Below are positions 35,527-43,837 of a DNA stretch of 64,000 nt, piece by piece. Position 1 is the first letter of the stretch; each line of letters starts with the position of its first letter. Made by a program: the position numbers and the translations under genes. Below the pieces are notes generated by a model, which saw only the letters and a list, made by a program, of their open reading frames with translations, was not told the origin of the DNA and made no database searches. Location of the stretch: NCBI GenBank assembly GCA_963747615.1, contig CAVVFP010000004.1:4841-68840 (forward strand). The letters are read 5' to 3'. Source of the DNA: an uncultured Acidobacteriaceae bacterium. Lineage in GTDB: Bacteria > Acidobacteriota > Terriglobia > Terriglobales > Acidobacteriaceae.

Positions 35527-35847
35527 TTAGAAGACTTGCAGGGCGGGGGCGTTCTTTCTGTCGTGGTGGGGTTTCACGACGATCTGCACATCCTGATTGA
35601 GGGCGACGAGGAAGCGCAGAAGGCGCTCCACGGAGAACTGGCGGAAGTCGCCGCGCAGCATCTTGGAGACATCGGGCTGGCGGACGCCGAACAGGGCGGC
35701 GGCCTCGATTTGTTTCAGGCGGCGCTGTTTCAGGATCATGTCGATCTTGTAGACCAGTTGCGCCTTGACTAAGTGTTCCTCGGCGTTGGGCAGGCCGAGA
35801 TCTTTAAACACGTTGCGGCTGCCGATTTCGAATTGCTTCTTGCTCAT
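35527..35847 (-). CDS. XRE-family HTH antitoxin (HigA-like)
   Basis: ATG 35847 (MSKKQFEIGSRNVFKDLGLPNAEEHLVKAQLVYKI...QIEAAALFGVRQPDVSKMLRG). ATGA overlap with the toxin stop. Confidence 0.85.
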   Translation of the reverse strand: MSKKQFEIGSRNVFKDLGLPNAEEHLVKAQLVYKIDMILKQRRLKQIEAAALFGVRQPDVSKMLRGDFRQFSVERLLRFLVALNQDVQIVVKPHHDRKNAPALQVF

Positions 35848-36208
35848 ATCGTCCCCCTTGCAATCTGCTCGGCCAGGCGCAACCGTTGCTGGATCAATTC
35901 CATATCGCGGCGCGGCGTTTCGCGTCCCGTCTTCGATTTCTTCTGGAATGCGTGCAGGACATACACGGCTCCGACGTAACGCAATGTGTACACGCCGCGG
36001 AAGGTATCGCCACGATGATCCTTCACGATTTCCATACTCCTGCCCCGCCGAATCCGCTGAGCGCCTTCGCGTCGCGATGCTTGCCGCCGAGTTGCGCGAC
36101 GTATAACGCGTATCCAATTTGGTCCCGCACGGGCGCGGGGAACTCGCGCAGGTCTTTACGGCTCGTTCCGAGCCAGATTACCGGTTTGATCGACCGTTCC
36201 TCGGTCAT
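35844..36208 (-). pseudogene. RelE/HigB-type (Gp49-like) toxin split by a -1 frame disruption near 36033-36040
   Basis: MTEERSIKPVIWLGTSRKDLREFPAPVRDQIGYALYVAQLGGKHRDAKALSGFGGAGV (ORF 36023..36235) continues as (M)EIVKDHRGDTFRGVYTLRYVGAVYVLHAFQKKSKTGRETPRRDMELIQQRL (ORF 35844..36035). Together they form one colinear Gp49/HigB protein. 365 nt = 3n+2, so 1 nt is missing. Confidence 0.8.
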
Positions 36209-36221
36209 CGGGCGCTTTGCG

Positions 36222-36239
36222 TATAGTGATATCACTATA
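36222..36239. promoter_or_regulatory. 18-bp perfect palindrome upstream of the HigBA-like operon (candidate operator)
   Basis: TATAGTGAT/ATCACTATA, 14 nt upstream of the toxin ATG (36208). Confidence 0.55.
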
Positions 36240-36317
36240 TCAACTTAATGGTGGCGAGAACAAGGGGGCTCGAAGAGTGGAGTTTACGTCGCTAAATCCC
36301 CGGATACTATCGCCCGG

Positions 36318-36390
36318 AGGTGCCCACCCTCGAAAACCGCGAAGGGTGGGGCAGCCTCAGTTGGGGCAGGGCACAAGGTGGGCCAGCCCC
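36318..36390. repeat. GC-rich hairpin repeat (CCCACCCT...AGGGTGGGG type)
   Basis: GCCCACCCTcgaaaaccgcgaAGGGTGGGGC followed by ...GGGCACAAGGTGGGCCAGCCCC. It lies between the two divergent toxin-antitoxin operons. The stem theme is similar to the 32871/43838/43911 family. Confidence 0.6.
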
Positions 36391-36480
36391 CCACTAAGAA
36401 CTCGGCGATGCTGCACTCGTAAACATCTCATAACGAATAAGATACGATAGCCAGTTGTCAGCAATGTCCCAGAAAAACTC

Positions 36481-36509
36481 TTGACATCGTGGTAGCATCG
36501 TGCTACCTT
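36481..36509 (+). promoter_or_regulatory. candidate mqsRA promoter with embedded palindromic operator
   Basis: TTGACA (36481-36486), 17 nt spacer, TACCTT (36504-36509). A perfect inverted repeat GGTAGCA-tcg-TGCTACC (36491-36507) lies between and over the elements. The mqsR ATG is at 36522. Confidence 0.55.
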
Positions 36510-36521
36510 AACAATCGTGAG

Positions 36522-36815
36522 ATGAAGCCGAGCTATGATCTGGGCCTTATAAAGGGCCTCATGAAGGACGAGAGTTGGAGCGCGACCGTAGCAGCGATAG
36601 ATACGGCCGTGGAATTAGGCTTTGATGAAGAAGACATTTACGACTGTATCGTCAATCACCTTGAGGAAACGCATTTCTATAAGACGATGGAGTCAGAAAA
36701 GAAGCCGGGATTGATGCAGGATGTCTACCACATCACATATCAAGAGCTGCAACTTTACGTAAAGCTCCAAGTCGTCGTAAATGCGGTCGTAATTTCGTTC
36801 AAGGAACAAGAATAG
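36522..36815 (+). CDS. mqsR: MqsR-family toxin
   Basis: Colinear with E. coli MqsR: ...ELGFDEEDIYDCIVNHLEETHFYKTMES...MQDVYHITYQELQLYVKLQVVVNAVVISFKEQE (E. coli: ELGLDFDGM..., FYKSM, WQDVY, YLKI, VSFKEK). Toxin-first order as in mqsRA. Confidence 0.75.
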   Translation: MKPSYDLGLIKGLMKDESWSATVAAIDTAVELGFDEEDIYDCIVNHLEETHFYKTMESEKKPGLMQDVYHITYQELQLYVKLQVVVNAVVISFKEQE

Positions 36816-36826
36816 AGGTGGGGCCA

Positions 36827-37291
36827 ATGAATTGCGTAATCTGTGGAGAATGGGCAGCCGAAATCAAGGAGTTGAAGAGGGCTCGATACCGCGCCGAGAC
36901 AGTTGAGGTGCCAAAAGAGTTCTTTCGGTGTGGGTCCTGCAAAGAAGAGTTTGTAACACCCGGACAGATGCGTCTCTATGTTCGTGCCGTAAAGAATGAA
37001 GTACGCAAGAAGCACGGCTTGCTGCCGCCGGAGAGAATCGCCGCAATACGGGCAAAGCTGCAGCTTACCCAGAACGAGCTGGAAGATGTGTTAGGCACAG
37101 GTCCTAAAATGGTGGTCCGATGGGAAAGCGGCAAAGTGATCCAGAGCCGGGGTCACGATAATATGCTGCGTTTGCTCGACCGCGATCCTGCGGTTCTGAA
37201 GTCTCTGCGCCAGATTCAGGCCCTCCGAGCGGCTGAACAAAATAAGCACGCCGAGTCACTTTCCCACAAAGTGACCGTCGCCAGAGTGTGA
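36827..37291 (+). CDS. mqsA: MqsA-family antitoxin (N-terminal zinc ribbon plus C-terminal HTH)
   Basis: MNCVICGE...FRCGSCKEEF (CxxC...CxxC), then IRAKLQLTQNELEDVLGTGPKMVVRWESGKVIQSRGHDNMLRLLDRDPAVL (HTH). ATG 36827 is preceded by GAGGTGGGG. Confidence 0.8.
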   Translation: MNCVICGEWAAEIKELKRARYRAETVEVPKEFFRCGSCKEEFVTPGQMRLYVRAVKNEVRKKHGLLPPERIAAIRAKLQLTQNELEDVLGTGPKMVVRWESGKVIQSRGHDNMLRLLDRDPAVLKSLRQIQALRAAEQNKHAESLSHKVTVARV

Positions 37292-37392
37292 GCCTTTAGC
37301 GCAACCCGCCCGCCGAAAATCGCGACGGGAGGGCAACTTCAAGTCAAGATGGTGCCGACAAAGGAACCAACGGAAAACTGAACCGCGCCCAA

Positions 37393-38514
37393 TTATTTCC
37401 CCCCGCCTATCACGGGCGGAGGAGGGGTCGCGCTTGCGGCGAATTTCTCCTCCAAAATTGTGTACTTCTCTCGTACGCTCTCCTCCGCGAAACGGGCGCG
37501 CAGATCGGTAGCGGCCTTTTGGACGGCATCCAACCTGCGGCGCAAGAAATTCACAATCGTTCCAATCCCTGCCCCGAGGACGAGCAGGCACTGGATCCCA
37601 CTCAACAACTTAATCGCCAGTATCTTTGGCAAGTCTGAGAAAAAAAACGGAATAAACAGCGAGGTGACAAGAGCGTCCGGCCAGGAATAATAGATTCCAC
37701 TTACACGAGCAATTCCGTAGTACGCGAACGAGAAAAGTGCGGCAATGTACGTGTACACGCAGACTAAGAAAACAGTTCCGAGAACCCAAGCCCATCTCGA
37801 TAAAAGGTAGGGATCCCCCAAGAACTCCAATATCTGTCTCCAAAGGATCAATTGATTAAACAAATTCCTCAGTTCGGCGGTGGGGTCTGCGTCACGGGTC
37901 ACAGCTGTAAGAGCCGCAAGGGCATTGTTGATAGGTGTCAACAATGCTGAGCCGGCCTTTTTGAGGATGTCCCCTACCCAGGGCGAGAACACCAGAATCT
38001 GTAACATCACAAAGATTTGTCGCGACAACTGTGCGAACACGACGATCAGGCACAACCACACCACCGCAACGTGCGTTGTGACAAGCAAGAGAATGCACCA
38101 GAGGAGAATGAATCTTCGGAACGGCCGCAGCAAAAACCGCAATATTTCTGCAGTGGTTTTCCTCGCATCAACGCGACCTATGGGATCTGAAGAGAGGGTC
38201 GGGGGAGGCGTCGTCGCGTTCTGCCTTGCGACTACGGACTCCCTTAGCTGTGGAGATGTCGCCTGAGCCTTGAACCATCGATTCACGGAGCGTAGCACCA
38301 AGAAGGACAGACGGAGGGCATACCAGAGCAGAACAAAAGGGAAGAAGTATACGAGAGACTGAGGAGGTTTTTCCAAAACCCCGATGCGGCAAGAAAAGAG
38401 AATACAACTAGCAAGGCAAAAAGAACGACCTCGGAGGTGGTGAGCCGAAGCACGTGTGTGCATTTCGTCAAGAAAGTTGATTGAATATTCAGAAATAAAA
38501 GCGCGTGGAGCCAC
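37393..38514 (-). CDS. hypothetical multi-pass membrane protein (N-terminus uncertain, possibly frame-disrupted)
   Basis: 373-aa ORF with at least 6 hydrophobic helices and a charged C-terminal tail (AATDLRARFAEESVREKYTILEEKF). The listed start is a GTG. A better-looking start (ATG 38573 with GGAG) lies in another frame (ORF 38283..38648); see findings. Confidence 0.6.
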   Translation of the reverse strand: MAPRAFISEYSINFLDEMHTRASAHHLRGRSFCLASCILFSCRIGVLEKPPQSLVYFFPFVLLWYALRLSFLVLRSVNRWFKAQATSPQLRESVVARQNATTPPPTLSSDPIGRVDARKTTAEILRFLLRPFRRFILLWCILLLVTTHVAVVWLCLIVVFAQLSRQIFVMLQILVFSPWVGDILKKAGSALLTPINNALAALTAVTRDADPTAELRNLFNQLILWRQILEFLGDPYLLSRWAWVLGTVFLVCVYTYIAALFSFAYYGIARVSGIYYSWPDALVTSLFIPFFFSDLPKILAIKLLSGIQCLLVLGAGIGTIVNFLRRRLDAVQKAATDLRARFAEESVREKYTILEEKFAASATPPPPVIGGGK

Positions 38515-38732
38515 AGAAACCCCGCAAGGAAAAATGTCGTAACCCTTCTGACAAGTTCAGAAAGTGTTGCCATGATCTCGGCTCCGCATCGGGTCCTGCA
38601 CCATGTGTGCCTTGATTGTGCCAAGGATACGCCAGACCCGCAACCCATTCCTCGCCTTTACACCCCACTCCGCCGCGTGATAACCTCATCCCAGTCACAA
38701 AGATAAAATCAGAACAGGAGTGCACCAGGTTA

Positions 38733-38999
38733 GTGTTAGCCAGAGAGCAAAAGAAATCCGTAATTGACCAGTATCAGACGCACGCGACTGACACGGGGAG
38801 TCCCGAGGTTCAGATCGCCATCATCAGTGAACGCATTGGCCAGTTGACGGACCACTTCAAGACGCACCAGAAAGACCACGGCTCGCGCCGCGGCCTGCTC
38901 ATGCTAGTCAGTAAACGGCGTCGTTTACTGGACTACCTCAAACGATACGATTCCGAGCGCTATAAGACGGTCATTGGAAAGCTTGGCATCCGCAAGTAG
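38733..38999 (+). CDS. rpsO: 30S ribosomal protein S15
   Basis: [69 protein letters not shown] is colinear with E. coli S15. Start set at GTG 38733 (88 aa); the ORF opens at 38616. Confidence 0.9.
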   Translation: MLAREQKKSVIDQYQTHATDTGSPEVQIAIISERIGQLTDHFKTHQKDHGSRRGLLMLVSKRRRLLDYLKRYDSERYKTVIGKLGIRK

Positions 39000-39006
39000 C
39001 CCTGGG

Positions 39007-39218
39007 GTCTTCTTAAGGAAGACAATTCCCGCAAACAGTATCTGAGAGAACGCCGCCTTCCTCTCGAAGCCGGCCGAGCATTGAGGAAATTCTGCAACGT
39101 GCATCTTTTAAGCGCATCCCATCTCACCAATCTCAATCCGATTGGGAAGCACAGACGCGCCCCTCTCTATCCGCCTGGAGCCGAACGTTCCTAGCTAGAA
39201 GCTAGGAGCTAGAAGCTG
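39007..39218 (+). other. rpsO-pnp intergenic leader with stem-loop and heptamer tandem
   Basis: Hairpin GTCTTC-ttaag-GAAGAC (39007-39023), 8 nt after the rpsO stop. AGCTAGA AGCTAGG AGCTAGA AGCTG heptamer tandem (39193-39218), 17 nt before the pnp ATG. In E. coli this leader is an RNase III-processed autoregulatory region. Confidence 0.4.
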
Positions 39219-39234
39219 TTCTAAAGGATGAAAC

Positions 39235-41670
39235 ATGAAACCAGAAGTTAGCAGTGTCACAGTAGAACTCACCGGCGGCAAACAACTCACATTCGAAACC
39301 GGAAAATTAGCCAAGCAAGCCCACGGCTCGGCCGTTGTCCGCCTGGGCGACAACGTCGTCCTCGCCACCGCGACCGCGAACGCCGATCCCCGCGAGGGCA
39401 TCGATTTCTTTCCCCTCACGGTTGATTATCGCGAATACACCTACGCCGGAGGACGTTTTCCCGGCGGCTTCATCAAGCGCGAAGGCCGCATGAGCGAGCG
39501 CGAAGTGCTTACCAGCCGCCAGATCGATCGCCCTGTGCGTCCGATGTTTGCCGAGGGCTTCAAGTGCGAGACTCAGGTCATCGCCTTCGTGCTCTCTGCT
39601 GACGCGAGCAATGATCCGGATGTGCTCGGCATCAACGGAGCATCTGCCGCGCTCACGCTTTCCGATATTCCGTTCCTCGGCCCCATCGGCGCGGTGCGCG
39701 TGGGCCAGATCGGCGGGCAGTTCATCATCAATCCTACCTATGATGAAATGCGCGAGAGCGTTCTGAACATCATGGTCGTAGGCACGTCGGATGGCATCGT
39801 GATGATCGAATCCGGCGCAAAAGAAGTCAGCGAAGAAGTCGTCGTCGACGCCATTGAATTCGGACACACCGAGATCAAGAAGATCTGCGCCGCCATCAAG
39901 GACCTGCAATCGAAGGCCGGCAAGAAGAAGAGGGAAGTGACTCCGCCGGAGTTCGACCAGAAATATTACGACCAGCTGAAAAAGAAAGTAGGCTCCGAGC
40001 TCTCCGACGCCCTTGACACCAAGAAGCATCCCAAGGCCGAGAGCTACGCGCTGGTCAAAGACATCAAGAAGAAGCTGCAAGCGGAAATCCCCGAAGACGA
40101 CGAAAAAGCGCTGGCGAAACTGAAGACCTATTACGAGACGCTGCGCGAGCGCATCTTCCGCGAGGAAGTCATCGAGAAGAAGCACCGTCCCGACGGCCGC
40201 GCCTTCGACGAAATCCGCAACATCTGGATCGAAGCCGGCATCCTGCCAAGAACCCACGGCAGCGCCATCTTCACGCGCGGCGAAACCCAAGCCCTGGTAA
40301 CCACAACATTAGGAACCTCCGACGACATGCAGCGCCTCGAAGGCTTCGAAGGCGAAGCCAAGAAACGCTTCATGCTCCACTATAATTTTCCGCCGTTCTC
40401 GGTTGGGGAAGTTGCTTTTCTGCGGGGGGCGGGGAGGCGCGAGATTGGGCACGGAGCGCTGGCCGAGCGCGCGATCTCGGGAGTGCTGCCTTCGGAAGAA
40501 GCGTGGCCTTATGCGATGCGGGTGGTGTCGGACATTCTGGAGTCGAATGGATCGTCGTCGATGGCTACGGTTTGCGGGGCTTCGCTTTCGCTGATGGATG
40601 CTGGGGTTCCGCTGAAGGCTGCGGTGGCCGGCGTTGCCATGGGCTTGGTGAAGGAAGGCGATCAGTATGCCATCCTCACGGACATTGCGGGCGCGGAAGA
40701 TCATTACGGCGACATGGATTTCAAAGTCGCGGGCACGAAAGATGGAATTACCGCGTTGCAGATGGATATCAAAGTTGCCGGCATCACTTCGCAGATCATG
40801 CGCGAGGCGCTGGCGCAGGCCAAGCGCGGGCGGTTGCACATTCTGGGGAAGATGGAAGAAGTAATTACCTCCGGCCGCGAGAAGATTTCGGACTTTGCTC
40901 CGCGGTTCTATACGGTTCAGATTCCGGTCGACAAGATTCGCGACCTGATTGGGCCGGGCGGCAAGATGATTCGCTCGATCGTCGAGCAGACCGGAGTGAA
41001 AATCGACGTGGAGGATTCCGGGCTGGTGAAGGTTGCGTCGAGCAATCAGGAGTCAGCGGCGAAGGCGCTGCAGATCATTGGCGACCTGACGGCGACGGCG
41101 GAAGTTGGAAAGACTTATCTTGGCAAGGTCACGCGGCTGGCGGATTTCGGCGCGTTCGTCGAGATTATTCCCGGGACCGACGGGTTGCTACACATCAGCG
41201 AAGTGGCGGAGCATCGCATTGGCGACATCCGCGATGAGTTGAAAGAAGGCGATCAGGTGCTGGTGAAGGTGCTGGCGGTTGAAGGCAACCGGATCCGGCT
41301 GTCGCGCAAAGCGATTCTGAAAGAACAGCGCGCGAAGATGGGCGGCGGTGGTGGGCCGGAAGGCGAATCCGGTGCTGCCGCGGCGGAAGGCGAGCCGGTG
41401 CCGGTGGTGACGGGCACAATGGTGATTGAAGGCGGCGGCGACTTCCCTGATGAAACTGAGGGTGAGCCGAACTTCAATCGCGATGGAGCGCCGCTTGCGG
41501 TCAGCAGTGATCGTCCTCGAGGCGATCGACCGCCTGGCGGAGACCGCGGCGGGCGCGGTGGACGGCCGGGCGGCGGCGGGCGTGATCGCGGACGTGGCGG
41601 TCGCGGTGGACGGCCCGGTGGTGGCGGACGGGATCGCGGACGTGGTGGGCCTGGTGGGGGACGACACTAA
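39235..41670 (+). CDS. pnp: polyribonucleotide nucleotidyltransferase (PNPase) with ~100-aa Gly/Arg-rich C-terminal extension
   Basis: 811 aa. Two RNase PH domains (FETGKLAKQAHGSAVV..., GHGALAERA), KH, S1 (GKVTRLADFGAFVEI), then GGGGGPEGES...GGRGGRPGGGGRDRGRGGRGGRPGGGGRDRGRGGPGGGRH. Confidence 0.95.
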   Translation: MKPEVSSVTVELTGGKQLTFETGKLAKQAHGSAVVRLGDNVVLATATANADPREGIDFFPLTVDYREYTYAGGRFPGGFIKREGRMSEREVLTSRQIDRPVRPMFAEGFKCETQVIAFVLSADASNDPDVLGINGASAALTLSDIPFLGPIGAVRVGQIGGQFIINPTYDEMRESVLNIMVVGTSDGIVMIESGAKEVSEEVVVDAIEFGHTEIKKICAAIKDLQSKAGKKKREVTPPEFDQKYYDQLKKKVGSELSDALDTKKHPKAESYALVKDIKKKLQAEIPEDDEKALAKLKTYYETLRERIFREEVIEKKHRPDGRAFDEIRNIWIEAGILPRTHGSAIFTRGETQALVTTTLGTSDDMQRLEGFEGEAKKRFMLHYNFPPFSVGEVAFLRGAGRREIGHGALAERAISGVLPSEEAWPYAMRVVSDILESNGSSSMATVCGASLSLMDAGVPLKAAVAGVAMGLVKEGDQYAILTDIAGAEDHYGDMDFKVAGTKDGITALQMDIKVAGITSQIMREALAQAKRGRLHILGKMEEVITSGREKISDFAPRFYTVQIPVDKIRDLIGPGGKMIRSIVEQTGVKIDVEDSGLVKVASSNQESAAKALQIIGDLTATAEVGKTYLGKVTRLADFGAFVEIIPGTDGLLHISEVAEHRIGDIRDELKEGDQVLVKVLAVEGNRIRLSRKAILKEQRAKMGGGGGPEGESGAAAAEGEPVPVVTGTMVIEGGGDFPDETEGEPNFNRDGAPLAVSSDRPRGDRPPGGDRGGRGGRPGGGGRDRGRGGRGGRPGGGGRDRGRGGPGGGRH
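41548..41643 (+). repeat. 2 x 48-nt in-frame tandem repeat encoding GGRGGRPGGGGRDRGR
   Basis: 41548-41595 and 41596-41643 encode the same 16 residues with synonymous differences. Confidence 0.85.
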
Positions 41671-41680
41671 GAGCTATTGC

Positions 41681-41707
41681 CACGGATCTTCACGGATTCA
41701 CACGGAT
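41681..41707 (+). repeat. 3 x 10-nt CACGGAT-unit tandem (single arm)
   Basis: CACGGATCTT CACGGATTCA CACGGATACA directly after the pnp stop. Same unit as the 4102-4190 inverted repeat. Confidence 0.75.
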
Positions 41708-41715
41708 ACAACGAG

Positions 41716-41750
41716 AAAGGCCACGATGGGAGTCGTGGCCTTTCATTCTT
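41716..41750 (+). terminator. rho-independent terminator of pnp
   Basis: AAAGGCCACGA-tgggag-TCGTGGCCTTT stem followed by TTTCATTCTT. Confidence 0.8.
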
Positions 41751-41805
41751 GTGCCTTCGGCGTCCCTTGCTGGACATGTGGGCGATTCGCACACGCAGGT
41801 GCGTG

Positions 41806-43646
41806 CTAAGGCCCGAACACGTATACGGCTCCGATATTCCCGCCGACTCCCGAAGCGCCGGCCACTAATGCATTGCCGCCCAGAACGACGGCCGAGCCAA
41901 CACCGGCGCCCCAGTCCCCGGCTGTGAGTTTCTGATAGAAGTGCGATGTGTTTCGCCAGCCGGTCGCCGGTTCGGAATACAGGTACGCTGCTCCCTGGTA
42001 CTGATTAGCTCCGATTGTGGCTTCAGGGGCACCAACTGCCACTCGGTTTCCACTGATGGAAACCGACCAGCCAAAGTAGTCGCCGGCCACTCCGTCGGAG
42101 GTTCTCAATTCCGCATTCTCGGTGGTTGAGGCCCAGCCGGTCACGGGTTTGACGAATACGTACGCGGCACCATAGCGGTGGGGATTGTCAGGTTCGAGCG
42201 CACCTACAACCAAGGTATTGCCGTCGATCGCGACCGAGGCGCCGAATTCGTCATCATAGTGCGTATCGGATGACGTTAACCTAGCGTTCTCTGTCGCACT
42301 TACCCAGCCGGTCGGGGGTTTCACGAATACATAAGCTGCTCCCCCAAAGTTGCTACCGCTGAATATCGCGCCGCTCACCACTGTGTTTCCGCTGATAGCG
42401 ACCGAATAACCGAGGAAGGCTCCAGAAGGATCCTCGGAAGCAGTGAGCTTGGCCGTTTGAGTCATTGTGATCCAGCCGGTTGCGGGCTTAGTAAAGACGT
42501 AGACGGCGCCGTTGTTGTCCGAATCAAGCTCCGCACCTGCCACTACGGTATTGCCGCTGACGGCCACCGAGTAGCCAAATTCGCTGCCCTCCTCACCATC
42601 GGATGCTGTGAGTTGTGCCGTCTCTGTCATGTTTGTCCAGCCGCCTGCCGGTTCAACATAAACATATGCCTTTCCCTGAAAGTTATTGCTCCCGACGGTT
42701 GCGTTCATGGCCCCTACGACAACCGTGCTTCCGCTAATAGCAACGGCACGGCCGAACGTCACCCCATCGGATGGCAATAATTCTGCGGTTTCCGTCATGT
42801 TTGCCCATCCCGTCGCTGGCTTAACGAAGACGTGAGCCGGAGCCCCGTACGATATGCCTCCGTCTCCTACTGCAACGATGGTGTTTCCGCTGCTGCCCAC
42901 CGACCACCCGAGGCTATCGGACTGAATTCCATTCGAGGCGGTCAGTTCGGCTAGCTGTACCCAAGGATCAATTGCGAGCGGATAGCGCGCATTTGCGTCG
43001 TCGATGTGGATCAGCAGTTCATCGCGATGCACTTCGAGCGACGCGCCCAAATCTTTTTCGTCGGCATCGCGAGCGGTCAATCCAGCGTAGCGCAGGATGG
43101 TTTTTCCTGTACGATCAGTGAGAGTTAAACCTGTGCGGCTTCCGTCAGACGACGCCGTCAAATCTCCCGACAGTCCGATCGCAATCGTCAGCGATTTACC
43201 GTTGCGTTTGCCTGGTGGCTCGGAGAGTGAGAAGCCTTGTTCCAGTCCGACGGGACCGTTCACGTACCATTCGGTCAACGGGCCGCGGCGGTATTCCACG
43301 CGATTCTGATTCGCGTGCGGAGATGCTTTCGCCACGGCATTGATGGCATCGCCGTACCCGAAGCCGCGCAGTGTCATTCCACAGCGCAGGGCGCCGCTGG
43401 TGAGTTGTATGCCTGCGGCGGTGAAGCGAGTGGTTAGCGCTCCGCGGGAGTTGGTGGCTTCGAGGCCGGTGGCGGTGGAGTGGATGTGATATCGGGCAGG
43501 TCGCGTCCGAGGGCGGCGGAGATGGTTGATTGAGCGGCGGCCGGCAGAGTGGATAAATCTTTGGTCGCTTTGGGGTCTGAAGCTGCGACGTAGATGGTTG
43601 ATGCGCAGAACAGTAAGATGACCAGAAATTGGCGTGCTGGTTTCAT
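41806..43646 (-). pseudogene. secreted FG-GAP/beta-propeller repeat protein with a frame disruption at a C-run (43494-43496)
   Basis: Signal peptide and N-terminus (MKPARQFLVILLFCASTIYVAA...ISAALGRDLP; ORF 43434..43646) continue in the frame of ORF 41806..43377 as (R)YHIHSTATGLEATNSRGALTTRFTAAGIQLTSGALRCGMTLRGFGYG... That frame is open upstream of its listed Met. 1841 nt = 3n+2, so CCCC has become CCC. The body has about 8 repeats of GAAYVFVKPxTGWxxxTExAxLTASD...FGxSVAISGNTVVxGA. Confidence 0.75.
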
Positions 43647-43837
43647 GGGAGTGCTCCTGCGAATCGGGCTGAGCAGCTTTCTCGGAGACGCGGTGGGGGG
43701 GCCGCGGGGGTCGAGGGAAGTGATCTTAGTCCAGGTTAGGAGCGGCGTAAAGCGATTTGTCCGCGAGGTTGGAAAGGATCGAGGAGCCGGACAAAGGGTG
43801 CTGGCCGGGCCTTTCCATTATCCTACCTCTCGAGGCT

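Noticed and set aside
35527-36117. A 196-aa ORF with a long N-terminal extension upstream of the XRE antitoxin
   Set aside because: The extension (Arg/Ser-rich) is the out-of-frame reading of the HigB-like toxin. The antitoxin starts at ATG 35847 with an ATGA overlap.
39307-40290. Long antisense shadow ORFs. Examples: 39307..40290 (-), 47814..48917 (-), 62160..63032 (+), 22956..23729 (-), 26283..27164 (+), 29298..30179 (-), 13060..13701 (-), 20636..21286 (-), 44698..45339 (+), 55467..56315 (+), 57500..58075 (+).
   Set aside because: Each lies opposite a gene with strong family signatures and has Arg/Gly/Ala/Pro-rich, low-information composition, typical of stop-poor antisense frames in high-G+C DNA.
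41188-41667. A 159-aa antisense ORF and other ORFs within the pnp 3' region
   Set aside because: These are products of the GC-rich RGG-encoding repeat read in other frames. pnp is continuous and in frame through this region.
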